A stretch of 61,180 nucleotides of DNA from a virus: the IMG/VR virus record IMGVR_UViG_3300023099_000001, positions 1 to 61,180 of that record; one strand, 5' to 3'. Of the stretch, positions 15,581-25,216 are shown piece by piece. Position 1 is the first letter of the stretch. Each line of letters opens with the position of its first letter. The position numbers and the translations under genes are program-made. Under the pieces are notes generated by a model that saw only the letters and a program-made list of their open reading frames with translations, had not been told where the DNA came from and ran no database searches.

Positions 15581-16108
15581 ATGGCTAATCTTAGTGTGTT
15601 GCAGGGTGAAATACTTGATATGGTGGCTGAGGGCAAAAGCCCCCGCCAGATCGAAGCTCGCCTTGGCGTACCCGCTGCACAGGTTCACAGAATAGCTAAT
15701 GAGCTACTTGATAAAGAACTTGACCTTGACACTGATTCTAAGCGAAAAATTCAGGTATACCGGCTTGAAAAAATCATTGAGTCCCTTTACCAGCGTGTAA
15801 TGAAGCACGCTGACCGCGATGACGTAAAGAACCTTGTGGAAGTAATGGACCGCGTTAATGACCTGCTGGCGCTGCATAAAGAGCGTGATGCAGCAGAGTT
15901 GCTGCGTGTTACACAGTATCAGTCTAGTTTGTACATTGGTTCTCTAAAGACACTTGTTAACGCTTTTAAAGCTATTGCACCTAACGCTATGTCGAATGAT
16001 GAGTGGGATGAGTGGACGGCGGCACAGTTAATGATTGCGCAGTCAACTCTTGAAGCTAACGCTGGGCAGCTTGAACTCAGTGGTGAAACAAAGGAAATCG
16101 AGAACTAA
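15581..16108 (+). CDS. terminase small subunit (putative; HTH N-terminus)
   Basis: Position immediately upstream of the large terminase. N-terminal HTH-like GKSPRQIEARLGVPAAQVHRIANELL. Confidence 0.6.
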   Translation: MANLSVLQGEILDMVAEGKSPRQIEARLGVPAAQVHRIANELLDKELDLDTDSKRKIQVYRLEKIIESLYQRVMKHADRDDVKNLVEVMDRVNDLLALHKERDAAELLRVTQYQSSLYIGSLKTLVNAFKAIAPNAMSNDEWDEWTAAQLMIAQSTLEANAGQLELSGETKEIEN

Positions 16109-16350
16109 TGGCATATCCACAGACACAAACGCTACTAAAATCGCTGGGTTTAAATCCTAGTGTAATCAGCGCAGATGGTTTAACTCCTACAACTTACCAT
16201 GAGTTTATTGTTAGTAATGGTAAGCTAAAGTTTGACAACAATACCGGAAATGCGCAGTATGTTGTCCGCGAGTGGCCCACCGGACAGGCTGAAAGGATTT
16301 GGGCAAGCCTAATTGCTGAAGCGCCTTCCCTAAGCGGGGAGTATAAATAA
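16108..16350 (+). CDS. hypothetical protein (80 aa)
   Basis: ORF track; ATG/stop coupled on both sides. Confidence 0.55.
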   Translation: MAYPQTQTLLKSLGLNPSVISADGLTPTTYHEFIVSNGKLKFDNNTGNAQYVVREWPTGQAERIWASLIAEAPSLSGEYK

Positions 16351-18017
16351 TGGCTAACATTGAACAAGTAGTACAGAATGTATTTGATGATGCTATTGCT
16401 GATTTACGTAAGTCAAGTAAAAACGCTAAATACAAAACAGATATCGCTTTATGGGCTAAAGAAGTTCTAGGCATCCACCTGTGGAGTAAACAACGCGAAG
16501 TTGCTGATGCTGTGCTTAATCATAAGCGTGTAGCTGTAAAGTCTTGCCACAACGCTGGTAAAAGCAAACTTGCCGCCATTATTGCATGTTGGTGGATTGC
16601 AACACACCCTATCGGTGAAGCTATTGTCGTTACAACTGCGCCAACATATCAGCAGGTTCACGGTATCCTGTGGCGAGAAATTGGTAAACACCACGAAATC
16701 TCAGCCGAAAACGGTCAACCATTACCGGGTAACATTACCGCGAGTGATAAATGGAACATTGTTCACAACGGAACACTGTTTCAGGCTGGGTGGGGACGTA
16801 AGCCTGCGGACACAAATATTCACGGTTTTCAGGGTGTCCACGAACGTTATGTGCTGGTGATTGTAGATGAGGCGTGTGGTATTAATGAATCTCTTTGGAC
16901 AGCGATTGAAGCGATCACCACAACAGGTGATGCAAGAATTTTGGCTATCGGTAACCCAGATGACCCCAACACCCAGTTCGGGAAAATCTTTAATGACGCA
17001 AAAACCTCTAGTCAATGGAACCTCAATACAATCAGTGCATTTGACACACCCAACCTTGCCAGACATTTTCTTAACGATCCAAGCAGTCCCCACTATAAGT
17101 ACGCAGTGCTGGATAAAGATTTTCCCGACGAACTACGACCTTTAATGCTTCAAGAGGATACAGTCGAATCTTGGCGTATCCAATGGTCAGAGAACGATCC
17201 ACGCTGGAAAGCTAAAATTCTGGGCGAGTTCCCTGACCAATCTGAGAACTCTCTTTTCTCACAGGCAGTCGTCAACAAAGCTGTTGAGACAGAAGTCCGG
17301 CCAGATCACGACTCACGTCCGCTACTGGGTGTCGATGTGGCGCGTTTTGGAAATGACCTTAGCGCGATATATAGTGTTGAAACTGGTTCGGTTTGGGAGT
17401 CGCTAACTGATGAAGATAACGAAATTTCGTGGGTTCAAACGCAGCGTAGAGGCAAACGTGTCAGACTCGTTAAATCGTGGGCGAAAGCAGACGGCGTGGA
17501 AGCTGCAAACCTTATCCACCAAACTGCTCTCGAAACCGGCGCATATGAAGTCCGAATTGACATTGGTGGACTTGGTGCGCCAATCAAAGACCAAGTTGCT
17601 GTCCTTGCACAAACCACCTATTCAGTAGTTGGTATGAACGGTAACGGGCCGACACCGGACTCGTATCATTGGCGTAATGCTAGAGCGTGGTGGCATGACT
17701 CGCTAAGAGAGCAGATGCAAAGTGGTACAATTGATATTGATTATTCAGACGATAAGCTAAAAAATGAGCTTCTAGGTATTCGGTACCACTTTAAAAACAC
17801 GCACAGGGCTTTACAGGTTGAATCTAAAGATGACATGGCTTCACGTAACGTTAAGTCGCCTGACCACTCTGACGCGGTTGTTTACGCTACAGCACCTATT
17901 GAAGATTTACTTTCAAGTCCTTTAGGTATGTACAACGTTGGGCAGAAGTTAAGCATTGATCCGCGAGTATTTATGGACACTGAAGGTAACCGCTTCAGCC
18001 TACTCGGACCCTACTAA
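16350..18017 (+). CDS. terL: terminase large subunit
   Basis: 555 aa. Walker A-like VAVKSCHNAGKSKLAA, Walker B VLVIVDEACGI, nuclease-like C-terminal half, position before the portal. Confidence 0.85.
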   Translation: MANIEQVVQNVFDDAIADLRKSSKNAKYKTDIALWAKEVLGIHLWSKQREVADAVLNHKRVAVKSCHNAGKSKLAAIIACWWIATHPIGEAIVVTTAPTYQQVHGILWREIGKHHEISAENGQPLPGNITASDKWNIVHNGTLFQAGWGRKPADTNIHGFQGVHERYVLVIVDEACGINESLWTAIEAITTTGDARILAIGNPDDPNTQFGKIFNDAKTSSQWNLNTISAFDTPNLARHFLNDPSSPHYKYAVLDKDFPDELRPLMLQEDTVESWRIQWSENDPRWKAKILGEFPDQSENSLFSQAVVNKAVETEVRPDHDSRPLLGVDVARFGNDLSAIYSVETGSVWESLTDEDNEISWVQTQRRGKRVRLVKSWAKADGVEAANLIHQTALETGAYEVRIDIGGLGAPIKDQVAVLAQTTYSVVGMNGNGPTPDSYHWRNARAWWHDSLREQMQSGTIDIDYSDDKLKNELLGIRYHFKNTHRALQVESKDDMASRNVKSPDHSDAVVYATAPIEDLLSSPLGMYNVGQKLSIDPRVFMDTEGNRFSLLGPY

Positions 18018-18029
18018 AAGGACTAAAAT

Positions 18030-19565
18030 ATGGCAAGTCTCCTAGACTTCCTAAACGGCAACAAACAAACAGACAGTGGACTGTTTATTGAGAATGCTGC
18101 TCTACAAGAGCGCCTTACAGACCTTGAAGTAAAAGCTGAAGAACTTGAAGAATCTTTACTAGCAGTAGCTGACGCTTTCGATAATGTCGGATGGTCACCA
18201 CTTGACACAGAGAATTCTAACGAAATGTCTCTGAAGACTGTTAAAAAGATCAGCGAAATTGCGCGAGCAATGAACGCCGTTAATCCTTTTGTTAAGCGCG
18301 GGGTGAACGCCAGAATTAGTTATGTTTGGGGTAATGGCGTAGAATTTGAAAAAGCTGGCGAAACTGCTAAAGAGTATATGAAAAAGAATCGTAAAACGAT
18401 TTTCTCTCAGCAAGCTTATGAGGAGCGCGAACGCGCCGCAGCAACAGACGGTAACGTATTCACAGCGTTACATAAAGAAGATGGCTCTGTTTTCAGAATT
18501 CCGCTAGCGCAGATTTTTGGGTGTATCTCTAACCCAGAAAATGCTGAAGAGATTTGGTTTTACAAGCGTCAGTGGAAAGTTAAAGCTAAGTCTGGCGATG
18601 AAGGCGCAGCGGCTAAAGAAACAGAAAAGACACTGTTTTACCCTAGCCTAGCGTATGCTAAGAAGCTTGAAAATGAGGGTAAAGAACTTCCTAAGCGTTG
18701 GGGACGTACTGGAATCGACCAAACATACGTTATTCAACACGATGCAGTTAATAAGCAGGTTGGTTGGCGTTGGGGTGTACCGGATATTATGCCGGTAATT
18801 TACTTTGCTAAAGTTTATAAAGAGTACCTTGAAGATAACGTGACATTGGTTAAAGCTTACGCTCGTATTGCTTACCAAATTAAAAACGGTAGTCAGGCTT
18901 CCGCTAATAGTGCGTCTGCACAGTGGCAGTCAACACCTGTGCGCGATCCGCTGACAGGTGAAATGTCTAGTGTGGGTGCTACCGCGTTCACAGGTACGGG
19001 TACACAAATTGAGGCCACAGGTCTAAACAGTTCTGCGGTTGACTTCAGCACAGGTGAGCCACTAGCTGCTGGTATTGCCGCAGGTCTTGAAGTTTCTCTT
19101 GACGTTATATTGTCAAGCTCAAAAAACTCTGGTAACGGCAGCACACTTGACCAGCCTACACTTAAAGCTATGGAAACTCGGCAAAAATTGTGGACTGAAT
19201 CTTTCCTTGACCTGTTTGAATTCTGGGAAGATGATGACGTAAAAGTTACATGGCGCAACATTGATGAAGATGAAACGCACCGTCGTGTGCAGTCTGTGCA
19301 GCTTGCATACGATGGTGGTCTTCTGCATCAGGAAGAGGCACGTAAGGAAGCTCTTGAAATGCTGCGCATTGTTCCTACGAGCGAAGAAATGCCTATAGCT
19401 CCTGCTGTTGTTGCGGCAGAAAAAGCTGCCGAGAATGCTGAAAAGGTTGCTGCGGCTAAGCCTGCCGTTGTTCCCGGTCAAGGCCGTAGCGGTAGCGTAG
19501 GTTCAGTGAATTCTGGCCGTGGTCAAGTCAAAGCCGCTACCAAAAAAGCTATGGTTAATAAGTAG
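18030..19565 (+). CDS. portal protein
   Basis: 511 aa directly after TerL; size and position typical; Ala/Lys-rich C-terminal tail. Confidence 0.75.
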   Translation: MASLLDFLNGNKQTDSGLFIENAALQERLTDLEVKAEELEESLLAVADAFDNVGWSPLDTENSNEMSLKTVKKISEIARAMNAVNPFVKRGVNARISYVWGNGVEFEKAGETAKEYMKKNRKTIFSQQAYEERERAAATDGNVFTALHKEDGSVFRIPLAQIFGCISNPENAEEIWFYKRQWKVKAKSGDEGAAAKETEKTLFYPSLAYAKKLENEGKELPKRWGRTGIDQTYVIQHDAVNKQVGWRWGVPDIMPVIYFAKVYKEYLEDNVTLVKAYARIAYQIKNGSQASANSASAQWQSTPVRDPLTGEMSSVGATAFTGTGTQIEATGLNSSAVDFSTGEPLAAGIAAGLEVSLDVILSSSKNSGNGSTLDQPTLKAMETRQKLWTESFLDLFEFWEDDDVKVTWRNIDEDETHRRVQSVQLAYDGGLLHQEEARKEALEMLRIVPTSEEMPIAPAVVAAEKAAENAEKVAAAKPAVVPGQGRSGSVGSVNSGRGQVKAATKKAMVNK

Positions 19566-19567
19566 AG

Positions 19568-19573
19568 TATAAT
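19568..19573 (+). promoter_or_regulatory. candidate -10 box (TATAAT) after the portal gene
   Basis: gagTATAAT in the 40-nt intergenic spacer. Confidence 0.35.
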
Positions 19574-19605
19574 TAGTTGAGACTTCGAAGAAAATAGGTT
19601 ATAAT

Positions 19606-20274
19606 ATGGCAACTCAAGACGGCCCAGTGGTTGGCCTTACATTCACAGATGCTGCCGGGGTTCAGCGCTTCGGTGATACTCTTACGCCTTATCCGGTTAC
19701 AAATGCTGGTGGTAGCGTAAGCATTACCGGCGCTCTGCCTGCCGGTTCTAACTCAATTGGTACTGTTGCTGTTGTACCGGGAACTACTGCTACAGCCTTA
19801 GGTAAGGCCGAAGATGCCGCGCATGCCTCTGGTGATGTTGGTGTATCTGTACTAGGTGTGCGCGGTCCTACTACGCCTGTTGCTCCGACAAGTGCTGCGG
19901 GTGATTACGGAACTCTCAAAATTGACGCTGAGGGTAACCAAGTTGTTAAACTGAATGCTATACCCGATATCACATATCAGGCTGTCGCTACCCTAACAAC
20001 TACAACATCCACTTCTGTTAAAGCGTCTGCTGGTGCCGGTGTTCGTAATTATGTGACTGACATTACAGTGTCAAACGCTAGTGCCACCCCCACCCTTGTT
20101 ACTATCCTTGACGGTGTTACAGTTATTTGGCAAACATGGCTGGTTGCTGGCGCTAGCATCGACGGAGCATTTACAACACCGCTACGCGGTACCGCTGCAA
20201 CAGCCATTAACGTGCAGTCCAGCGTAGCTGTAACTAGTGTATATGTTGCAATCGCCGGTTTTGCTGGTATTTAA
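19606..20274 (+). CDS. hypothetical structural protein, Gly/Ala/Thr-rich (222 aa)
   Basis: ORF track; lies between the portal and scaffold genes and is flanked by promoter-like motifs. Confidence 0.6.
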   Translation: MATQDGPVVGLTFTDAAGVQRFGDTLTPYPVTNAGGSVSITGALPAGSNSIGTVAVVPGTTATALGKAEDAAHASGDVGVSVLGVRGPTTPVAPTSAAGDYGTLKIDAEGNQVVKLNAIPDITYQAVATLTTTTSTSVKASAGAGVRNYVTDITVSNASATPTLVTILDGVTVIWQTWLVAGASIDGAFTTPLRGTAATAINVQSSVAVTSVYVAIAGFAGI

Positions 20275-20294
20275 TTTTAACTGTCAAAACATAG

Positions 20295-20302
20295 TGTATA
20301 AT
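20295..20302 (+). promoter_or_regulatory. extended -10 promoter element (TGTATAAT; copy of TAGTGTATAAT)
   Basis: tagTGTATAAT lies 10 nt upstream of ATG 20313 with no SD between (short or no leader). Confidence 0.5.
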
Positions 20303-20312
20303 TGAATTTGAC

Positions 20313-21182
20313 ATGGACAACTTTGACGTAGTAGAATCCGCTACTCTTACCCAAGCACCTGAAGAGGTTACAGGTAAGCGTTGGAACGCGCTACTTATTA
20401 AAGCCGGTTGGGGTTCTAAAGCGTATTACACCGAAGAGGCGTTACGCAACGACGGACCAACCGTATTCAAAGCTGGTACACCAATCTTTTTAGACCACCA
20501 GACACCTTCTGATCGTGAGCTTCGTCCATTCGGTTCCGTAGCGAATCTAGCAGGCGAACTTGTAACAGACGCTGTGTGGGACGCAGAAAAAGGTGGATTA
20601 ACAGCAGAAGTCGAAATTTTTGAGCATGAGCAAGCTCGTGTTCGCTCCCTAGCTAAAAAAGTTGGTCTGTCCGTCCGGGCAACAACCCGCGCTGACAGGG
20701 GAACAATAGAAGGCCGTAGCGGTCGAATCGTTACAGGACTGGTTGGCGCTAAATCAGTAGATTTAGTTGTCAGAGCCGGAGCCGGAGGGCAATTGCTCGA
20801 CGTTCTCGAATCTGAAATTGACATAGAAATGGAAGAGCAGCAAATGGATGAAGTCCTAGAGGCTATCAAAAAGCTGTCTGACGATAACAACACTCGCTTT
20901 GAGGCGTTTGACAAAAAGTTTGCAGACATTGAGGAATCACTTGCTGCCGCTGTTGTCGAGCCAGAAGTTGAAGTAGATGCTGAAAAGGCTGAAGCTGAAG
21001 AGCCAGTTGATATCGCAAAGACAATCACCGAGGCAATCGCCGCAGAAATGGCTAAGCTTAAACTAGCTGTGCAGGAAAGCGCAGACGTTGAAGGCGACGA
21101 AGAAAATGTTGACGACGTTGAAGAGTCAGCAACCGACACAATTAAAACACCCCGTCACTGGGCTGTTAAGGGAGACAAGTAA
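20313..21182 (+). CDS. scaffolding protein (possibly protease-related N-domain)
   Basis: 289 aa; acidic coiled-coil C-terminal half (EMEEQQMDEVLEAIKKL...EAEEPVD); lies upstream of the capsid gene. Confidence 0.6.
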   Translation: MDNFDVVESATLTQAPEEVTGKRWNALLIKAGWGSKAYYTEEALRNDGPTVFKAGTPIFLDHQTPSDRELRPFGSVANLAGELVTDAVWDAEKGGLTAEVEIFEHEQARVRSLAKKVGLSVRATTRADRGTIEGRSGRIVTGLVGAKSVDLVVRAGAGGQLLDVLESEIDIEMEEQQMDEVLEAIKKLSDDNNTRFEAFDKKFADIEESLAAAVVEPEVEVDAEKAEAEEPVDIAKTITEAIAAEMAKLKLAVQESADVEGDEENVDDVEESATDTIKTPRHWAVKGDK

Positions 21183-21532
21183 TGGCTAAAAACGAAGTTT
21201 ACAAGGATGCCGATTACCTAAGCCTTCCCGTTACAAACGGTCTTCTATCAGGCTCACCAGTTATTATTAACGGTGGCCTTGTAGGTGTGCTTCAGACTAA
21301 CGAGGGCGATTTAGTAACCAACGAAGAGGGTTACGCAAGCGTTGCCCTTACCGGGGCATGGAGACTACCGTCATCTGTGGCCTTCGCTAGCGTTGGTCTG
21401 CCTGTTTACATTACATCAGGTAACGTACTTAACGCAACTAGTGCCGGTAACCGTTTCTTCGGCTACACGCTTAGTACAAAGGGTGCTGGCGCTGGAACAG
21501 TTATTGTTCGTATCGTCCAGACGGGAATCTAA
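21182..21532 (+). CDS. head decoration/cement-like protein (DUF2190-like position and size)
   Basis: 116 aa between the scaffold and major capsid genes; Gly/Val-rich, beta-rich. Confidence 0.45.
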   Translation: MAKNEVYKDADYLSLPVTNGLLSGSPVIINGGLVGVLQTNEGDLVTNEEGYASVALTGAWRLPSSVAFASVGLPVYITSGNVLNATSAGNRFFGYTLSTKGAGAGTVIVRIVQTGI

Positions 21533-21540
21533 GGAATATA

Positions 21541-22677
21541 ATGGCTAGACTAAATAAAGATCGCGTGAACGATGTTTCACGTAAGATCGAAGATGCCCTA
21601 GATGGTAAGCGTTCAGCGCAGCGTGCCCTTCAGGATGAAATTGATGGAATCTATGTTGAAGAGTCACATTCAACAAGTGACTTCCCAGCAGCATTCCAAG
21701 CGGTAACTAACCGCGCGGTGCTGGGGCAGTATGAGCTTATCCCTAACGGGTGGACAGCTTATGCTCGTAGCTTCGACGTGCAGAACCTTAAGCCACAGAG
21801 CTTCTACAGCTTCTTCCCAGACTACAGCAACCTGCCGGAAACTAACGGCGGTAAAAACACTGTTGCCGGTGGTCTACCCCGCGTTCCTGAGCTAACCGAG
21901 TTCCCAACCTTCAGCTTCGCAGCTAGCGAGACAAGCATGACGGTTCGCAAGTTCGGTGCTCGTGTGAACTTCAGCTTTGAAATGCTTCTGAACGACGAGT
22001 GGGGTGTCCTTGAGACTCTTCCCCGCGACCTCGCGCAGCTTGCTATTAACACTGAAGATATCACAGCAACTGAAGTATTTGCTGCCTCTGTTACACCGTT
22101 TGGGCCTAACCCAACAACATTCAGTGCAGCTAACGGTAACCGTATTGCCAACAACCCGGCACTAACAATTGCTAGCCTAAACGCGGCCATTGGTGCAATC
22201 CGCACCCGCACATTCAACGGTAACCCCGTTGTTGTCGGCTCACTTGCCCTCATTGTGCCACCAGCACTTGAGCAGCTTGCTAAGCAGATTGTTGGAATCA
22301 CAACACTTCAGGTAACTGATGTGAACGGTACCTATGATGTTGCTAGCCCGATCAATGGCGTAACTGTTGTTGTGAACCCTTGGCTACCAATCGTAGACAA
22401 GTCAGCTACAGCCAACACTACTTGGTACCTTGCACCACTAAACGGTGCAGGCGTTCGCCCAAGCGTTGTGTTCTCGAAGATTCGTGGACGTGGCAACCCT
22501 GAGCTTCGCATCGCGACACAGGGTGGAGCATACCTTGGTGGCGGGGCAGTACCCGGCCTTGAGGGTAGCTTCGAAACTGACGACATTCAGTTCCGCGTGA
22601 AGCACTACGTTGGGGCAGCCGCTATTGCGACTGAAACAATGGCAGTATCTAAGGGCGACGCAACAGCGTGGGCTTAA
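21541..22677 (+). CDS. major capsid protein
   Basis: 378 aa after the scaffold gene, followed by a strong terminator; size and position typical. Confidence 0.75.
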   Translation: MARLNKDRVNDVSRKIEDALDGKRSAQRALQDEIDGIYVEESHSTSDFPAAFQAVTNRAVLGQYELIPNGWTAYARSFDVQNLKPQSFYSFFPDYSNLPETNGGKNTVAGGLPRVPELTEFPTFSFAASETSMTVRKFGARVNFSFEMLLNDEWGVLETLPRDLAQLAINTEDITATEVFAASVTPFGPNPTTFSAANGNRIANNPALTIASLNAAIGAIRTRTFNGNPVVVGSLALIVPPALEQLAKQIVGITTLQVTDVNGTYDVASPINGVTVVVNPWLPIVDKSATANTTWYLAPLNGAGVRPSVVFSKIRGRGNPELRIATQGGAYLGGGAVPGLEGSFETDDIQFRVKHYVGAAAIATETMAVSKGDATAWA

Positions 22678-22717
22678 TCTAGAAACCTGCTAGGTTTCAT
22701 CCTCTCACCTAGCACCC

Positions 22718-22768
22718 AACCCTCCCGGTTCCCGGTTAAGCCGGTTTGAACCGGGAGGGTTTTCTTTT
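22718..22768 (+). terminator. rho-independent terminator after the capsid gene
   Basis: AACCCTCCCGGTT...AACCGGGAGGGTT 13-bp stem followed by TTCTTTT. Confidence 0.8.
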
Positions 22769-22778
22769 GGAGAAAATA

Positions 22779-23183
22779 ATGGCAGCAGAAGACGTATTAG
22801 ACATTCGCACACTCATTCCCGATACTGATGCTATCTATGGGAATGCTGAAGACGAGTACCTTTTTACTGACGAACAACTTGAGCGTTTTTACCGTTTAGG
22901 CGGCAACAGCGCTTTGCGCGGTGCGGGCCTTGCTATGATTGCTGTTGGCAACTCTGAAGCAATGATTAGCAAAGTAATTGTTACTCAAGATTTAGAAACT
23001 GATGGTGCTAAAGCTCAGAAAGAATGGCGTGAAGCTGGACGGCTTCTCATTAACCGCGCTGATGCTGGCGAAGAGTTCCACGGCTTTGAACTTGTTAACT
23101 TTCGTCAAGGATGGCGAGAGTTCCCTCCAGAGCTTACAGAAACGCCGTGGGATGGAAGTTGGCCTTACGGGTATGGATACTAA
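22779..23183 (+). CDS. head-tail connector protein (134 aa; start moved to ATG 22779)
   Basis: The listed start at 22746 lies inside the terminator stem. GGAGAAAATAATG provides an RBS for 22779. Confidence 0.55.
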   Translation: MAAEDVLDIRTLIPDTDAIYGNAEDEYLFTDEQLERFYRLGGNSALRGAGLAMIAVGNSEAMISKVIVTQDLETDGAKAQKEWREAGRLLINRADAGEEFHGFELVNFRQGWREFPPELTETPWDGSWPYGYGY

Positions 23184-23612
23184 ATGGCACCTATCAACGC
23201 CCGCAAAAGTTTGCATCCTCGCTGGACTAGTCATCATACTCGTACTATTGACGGTTTTAAAAACTGTGTTGTACAAATAAGTCGTCGCAATAATGCAATA
23301 GCTGTTACATATGATCCTGTTACAGAAACATACACAAACGGGTATGAGGTTGTATACGAGGGCGCGGCCAGACTACAGCCTTATGGTATTAACCTTGACC
23401 TTGAAATAGCAAACGATCCTACAGCGCGTCGGCTTGTTCTTGTGCAAATTGCTGGTAAGAATCTTGGCATTGAAACTGACGACATGCTTATTGTTACGTC
23501 TGCTGAAAACAACACAGACTTGATGTTGTACAAGTATGATGTGCGTGGATCACTAGGTAGCTCTATGGAATGGGGAACTAACCTTGTTACAGAAGCGAAC
23601 CTAAAAATCTAA
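23184..23612 (+). CDS. head-tail adaptor / head closure protein (putative)
   Basis: 142 aa; position in the connector module. Confidence 0.5.
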   Translation: MAPINARKSLHPRWTSHHTRTIDGFKNCVVQISRRNNAIAVTYDPVTETYTNGYEVVYEGAARLQPYGINLDLEIANDPTARRLVLVQIAGKNLGIETDDMLIVTSAENNTDLMLYKYDVRGSLGSSMEWGTNLVTEANLKI

Positions 23613-24013
23613 TGAAGCAATACGGACCTAACGGTGGAGTCAACCGGATTAAAGTAACTGGACCTGACTTCGACCTTATCCGTGCTCGCATACTATCAAA
23701 GCCGGATCAAGTAACAGATGAAATTGCTGAAGCTTTTGATGAAGTGGGTCGTGAAGCTGTTACAGAAATGCAAGAGCGCATAACTTCGCTTGACCGCATT
23801 GATACCAAAGTTATGTACGACTCTGTAGATTACATTGCCCGCAAAAACAAGCGCAGCGTAAGTTTAAGATTTGGCTGGATTAAAGGTACTCCCGGCTACG
23901 CAGCATTCCAAGAATACGGTGTCAGTAACCGTACCTACGAGCCAATGCACGCACTCACAGATGCCAGACTAAGTGCTGACATTAAAATTGCAAGCATATT
24001 AAGGAAACTATAA
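23612..24013 (+). CDS. neck protein (HK97 gp10-like position)
   Basis: 133 aa; ATG/stop coupled. Confidence 0.45.
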   Translation: MKQYGPNGGVNRIKVTGPDFDLIRARILSKPDQVTDEIAEAFDEVGREAVTEMQERITSLDRIDTKVMYDSVDYIARKNKRSVSLRFGWIKGTPGYAAFQEYGVSNRTYEPMHALTDARLSADIKIASILRKL

Positions 24014-24444
24014 TGCCACTAGATCAAGTACCCGGTCAAGATGACATTATAGTGCAGCTTAAAACAATACCCGGCGTAGACGTATACGAAGGACAATATA
24101 CACCAGACGGTGTAACGCCGCCAATGGATACTAACGGAATGTTTAAGCCGTACATTACAACAGTGTTTGGGGCAAGCTATCAATCAAAAGATAGAGGTAT
24201 CGCTTCTGAACGTTATAACACTGTAGTAACAACTGTCACTGTATATTGTGCCACACCAATAGACCGAGTAACACGACAGTATATTGACAGAATACGAAAC
24301 GTTCTCGTCGGCTATATTCCGACCGACTGCACACAGCTAGCACCTTACGGTGGCTACATTTATGTGGACTCTGATCTTGGAGTCAACCGTTACGTACATT
24401 CGGCTGTATTCCGTTACACAACTAACCTGAGTTATTCAGCGTAG
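24013..24444 (+). CDS. tail terminator / tail completion protein (putative)
   Basis: 143 aa immediately before the tail tube genes. Confidence 0.45.
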   Translation: MPLDQVPGQDDIIVQLKTIPGVDVYEGQYTPDGVTPPMDTNGMFKPYITTVFGASYQSKDRGIASERYNTVVTTVTVYCATPIDRVTRQYIDRIRNVLVGYIPTDCTQLAPYGGYIYVDSDLGVNRYVHSAVFRYTTNLSYSA

Positions 24445-24450
24445 TATACA

Positions 24451-24459
24451 TGATATAAT
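24451..24459 (+). promoter_or_regulatory. extended -10 promoter element (TGaTATAAT)
   Basis: Intergenic; followed by AGGAG and ATG 24485. Confidence 0.4.
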
Positions 24460-24484
24460 AGATTAGATCAACAGGAGAAATACA

Positions 24485-24703
24485 ATGGAGCTTAAAAGAT
24501 ATTACAACGAACTCACCAAAGAAATTGTTGAGTACCCTGAAGAAGCTGCTGCCCTCTTTGACGTTCTGAAGCCAGTACCCAGCGAGCGCAACAAACCAGT
24601 GCTAGACGCTGAGAACCAGCTTGACATTCAAATCGAAAAGCCTAACAACGTAGACGAAAAGGTTAAGGCTTCTAACAAGACAGGTAACGCAGATGCCAAG
24701 TAA
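24485..24703 (+). CDS. hypothetical protein (72 aa)
   Basis: ORF track; AGGAG RBS. Confidence 0.55.
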   Translation: MELKRYYNELTKEIVEYPEEAAALFDVLKPVPSERNKPVLDAENQLDIQIEKPNNVDEKVKASNKTGNADAK

Positions 24704-25205
24704 GCTTCTTCGTGGAAACACCAAAATTGTTGCGGTAGAGTACGACGCTATTGCTAACCCAGCCGCACCCACAAGCACAGAACTTAACAGCGCTACGATG
24801 GCTAACGACATTTCCTGTGCCGTGCTTGACGATTACACACTAAACATTACTGACTCTGACACAGATGACACAATGACAGTTTGTGATATCGGTAACGTTT
24901 CAACTCGTACTTTCACAAACTACGAAGCTGAATTAACTGGTCTAAAAGACGCTGTGCTTACAGACAACTCTAGCGTTTATAACACATTCTTTAGACTGTT
25001 TAATTCGCCAGATGTACGCTACTGGCTTGTGAAGCGTATCGGCCCTGCGCAAGCAACTGCGTTCGCTGCCGGACAAGTTGTTTCTCTATATGGTGTCTTA
25101 ACAGACTACCCCACAAATATTGCTGAAGACGGTTCAATGCTTTCTATGACAGCAAACTTCAAGCCAACCGGCGCTGTTAACGCCAACTACACGCTACTCG
25201 CCTAA
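24693..25205 (+). CDS. major tail (tube) protein paralog 1
   Basis: 170 aa; aligns by eye with the N-terminal 170 aa of 25217-25972 (I..PA.PT..E.N / D.GN / F.LF..P..YLV.R.G.A...AAG..VS.Y.V.TD). Confidence 0.6.
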   Translation: MPSKLLRGNTKIVAVEYDAIANPAAPTSTELNSATMANDISCAVLDDYTLNITDSDTDDTMTVCDIGNVSTRTFTNYEAELTGLKDAVLTDNSSVYNTFFRLFNSPDVRYWLVKRIGPAQATAFAAGQVVSLYGVLTDYPTNIAEDGSMLSMTANFKPTGAVNANYTLLA

Positions 25206-25216
25206 GGGATAATATA

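Noticed and set aside
20426-21139. 237-aa minus-strand ORF inside the scaffold gene, and similar antisense ORFs in the capsid, tape measure and other genes
   Set aside because: These are Ser/Ala-rich mirror frames of acidic or Ala-rich genuine genes, on the wrong strand for the operon.
21537-21542. TATAAT boxes overlapping or abutting ATGs (19606, 21541, 24013, 25217, 39166) as promoters
   Set aside because: Each is preceded by an AAGGA/GGAG Shine-Dalgarno motif. TATA(AT) is the AT-rich SD-to-ATG spacer (consensus AAGGAnnTATAATG), too close to serve as a -10 box for that gene.
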